Virus record (IMG/VR): IMGVR_UViG_3300020413_000055
Span: 1-28,172 of that record
DNA: 28,172 nt
From: a virus
Lineage: Duplodnaviria; Caudoviricetes
Reading direction: 5' to 3' (one strand)
Shown here one piece after another: positions 26,862 through 28,172 of the stretch. Within the stretch, counting starts at the first letter, position 1. Every line of letters starts with the position of its first letter. A model generated the notes under the pieces. It did not search any database. It was not told where the DNA came from and saw nothing but the letters and a program-made list of their open reading frames with translations. The position numbers and the translations under genes were made by a program.

Positions 26862-27329
26862 ATGAAAATTAACGATATCATTAACGAAGCATCTTTTAAA
26901 TTTTCTCCAGAGGACTTTTCAAGCACAGAAAAATATAGCATACCATTTGAAGACGGAGTGCGATTTGCTCAATACTTAGCAAGGCAAATGGAAATTATGG
27001 GTGTCTCAAAAGATATGGCTACAAAATTATATAAAGCTGCCGAAGCAGGTAATGATAGTTGGATTCATAGATTTGGAACAAGTCCTAAACTTAAAAATCT
27101 TATTGGTCATAATATAGATACTGCAATGACATCTAATTTAGTTGCAATCCAAAATGCAATGGGTTTACATGCAGGTATCCTTAAACTTAAGAAAAAAGGA
27201 CCTAGTAAACCTTCACGTATACCAGACGATTTATTACCAGGCGGACCAGATGACGACGAAGCAAGAGATCGTCGACGGGCTGCCGCATTTGGCCCCCCTG
27301 CTGATCCACGTGGTATTCAGCCATACTAA
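26862..27329 (+). CDS. hypothetical protein (155 aa), candidate head-internal protein
   Basis: AGGA RBS; N-terminus MKINDIINE-A resembles T4-type capsid-targeting leaders; Pro/charge-rich, probably disordered C-terminus. Confidence 0.75.
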   Translation: MKINDIINEASFKFSPEDFSSTEKYSIPFEDGVRFAQYLARQMEIMGVSKDMATKLYKAAEAGNDSWIHRFGTSPKLKNLIGHNIDTAMTSNLVAIQNAMGLHAGILKLKKKGPSKPSRIPDDLLPGGPDDDEARDRRRAAAFGPPADPRGIQPY

Positions 27330-27332
27330 AAC

Positions 27333-27551
27333 ATGAAAGAACTATTAGATCAACTACGAGTTGTTTTTGAAAAATCTGAAGCTCGCATTCATGAACTCGT
27401 AGGTAAATGTAACGAGCTAGAAGCAGAAAACGACAGACTTCGTGAAGAACTTCGAGACGAAGGATACATCATTAAGATAAACAGGAACTATGATAGGTCT
27501 AGAAAGTATGACAGAAGCAAATCCCAACGAGAGTTCGACTGCGATTTTTGA
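27333..27551 (+). CDS. small coiled-coil hypothetical protein (72 aa)
   Basis: Starts 3 nt after the previous stop; heptads RIHELVGKCNELEAENDRLREEL. Confidence 0.7.
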   Translation: MKELLDQLRVVFEKSEARIHELVGKCNELEAENDRLREELRDEGYIIKINRNYDRSRKYDRSKSQREFDCDF

Positions 27552-27900
27552 TTGGGCAAATAGATTTCATAAAACATTTAGAGAATTAAAACACAAAGGA
27601 TTAGACATACAGACACTCCGTGTCTTTAGAAACTTAATATGTAGAGACGGTTTTTCGTTTTCCCTCCAAGCAGGTCCTGCACATTATTCAGAACCAAAAG
27701 CAATAGCAGAAAAATATGATGCCTGGGAAATAGGTTATCCTTCTGAAGTAGAACCACTATGGTTAGACTGGCAAGAACCAGGTCATGGTCCAACAGAAAG
27801 TGTATACGGTTGGGTGCCAAATGATGTTGTTAATGCAGTAATACAAAAGCATGGTGGTATTGATGAAAGAGAATTTATCTTAGAGAAGCTTCTAAAATAA
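27490..27900 (+). CDS. conserved phage hypothetical protein (C.DGF..S.QA...HY..P family); start at 27490 or 27508
   Basis: ICRDGFSFSLQAGPAHYSEP...EIGYPS...PTESVYGWVP...VIQKHGG matches a widespread phage family of unknown function that I recognise. Confidence 0.85.
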   Translation: MIGLESMTEANPNESSTAIFDWANRFHKTFRELKHKGLDIQTLRVFRNLICRDGFSFSLQAGPAHYSEPKAIAEKYDAWEIGYPSEVEPLWLDWQEPGHGPTESVYGWVPNDVVNAVIQKHGGIDEREFILEKLLK

Positions 27901-27903
27901 ATA
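27897..27903 (+). promoter_or_regulatory. possible late promoter ATAAATA overlapping a stop codon
   Basis: Overlaps the TAA at 27898-27900, 7 nt before the ATG at 27911; same arrangement as at 10182. Confidence 0.45.
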
Positions 27904-27910
27904 CGGTATC

Positions 27911-28069
27911 ATGAATGAAGTACAAATAGAAGATCATTTAGATGAGCGACAAGAGCTAGAGCAAGAACGAGATTATTATAAGGATAGGTGTACAGAGTTA
28001 ACACGGCAATTAGACATTGCCAATAAAGAACTAAAAAGAATAGAAGATACTTATTTCAGAAACAACTAA
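27911..28069 (+). CDS. small coiled-coil hypothetical protein (52 aa)
   Basis: Shorter than any ORF in the track. My translation is MNEVQIEDHLDERQELEQERDYYKDRCTELTRQLDIANKELKRIEDTYFRNN*. It fills the gap and is coupled to the next gene by a TAATG overlap. Confidence 0.7.
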   Translation: MNEVQIEDHLDERQELEQERDYYKDRCTELTRQLDIANKELKRIEDTYFRNN

Positions 28070-28172
28070 TGAAACTGATAACAGGTAATGCAAATAGAAA
28101 GCTAGCCGAAGACATAGCCGGCTTAGCAGGTATAAATTTATGCGAAACTTTAGTGACCCGGTTCGCAGACAA
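28069..28172 (+). CDS. prs: ribose-phosphate pyrophosphokinase (PRPP synthetase), N-terminal fragment
   Basis: MKLITGNANRKLAEDIAGLAGINLCETLVTRFAD matches the Prs N-terminal pattern (GN.N..LA..IA...RF.D). Only 34 codons are visible. Confidence 0.8.
   Translation, partial: MKLITGNANRKLAEDIAGLAGINLCETLVTRFAD

Noticed and set aside
27142-27820. Track ORFs 27142..27336 (+) and 27626..27820 (-)
   Set aside because: They overlap better-supported genes in other frames and have no independent support.
1-28172. Stop-codon reassignment, as seen in some large phages
   Set aside because: The standard code gives near-complete coding density with ORFs up to 12 kb, and TAA, TAG and TGA all end genes at sensible junctions.
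1-28172. tRNA, rRNA, intron or intrinsic terminator
   Set aside because: Intergenic gaps are mostly under 35 nt and I saw no cloverleaf or GC-stem/U-tract; weak elements cannot be excluded by eye.

Overview
AT-rich segment of a large T4-related myophage genome; by recalled motif similarity it is closest to Rak2/GAP32/Atu_ph07-type jumbo phages and is probably aquatic. Positions 1-26372 are one tightly packed minus-strand late unit. In transcription order it holds a gp25-like baseplate wedge, a 1229-aa gp6-like wedge, a 4037-aa baseplate/virion giant, a 209-aa structural protein, a 1513-aa tail fibre ending in a peptidase-G2-type autocleaving chaperone, a 584-aa virion protein and a 116-aa protein. 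It then runs without a gap into overlapping genes for two GT-A (DxD) glycosyltransferase-like proteins, a 296-aa unknown and a third, truncated DxD protein that the ORF track missed. A divergent junction at about 26.4 kb (late ATAAATA motif facing left, consensus sigma70 promoter facing right) starts small plus-strand genes, including a candidate capsid-targeted internal protein and the start of a prs (PRPP synthetase) gene. The most notable observations are: (1) a putative virion-glycosylation module coupled to the tail operon; (2) a cupredoxin-like insert with a complete His/Cys/His/Met copper ligand set in the baseplate giant; (3) nested 'Russian-doll' insertion of carbohydrate-binding-like and other modules, plus a beta-propeller insert, in the baseplate proteins. 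All family assignments come from reading motifs by eye; no searches were run.
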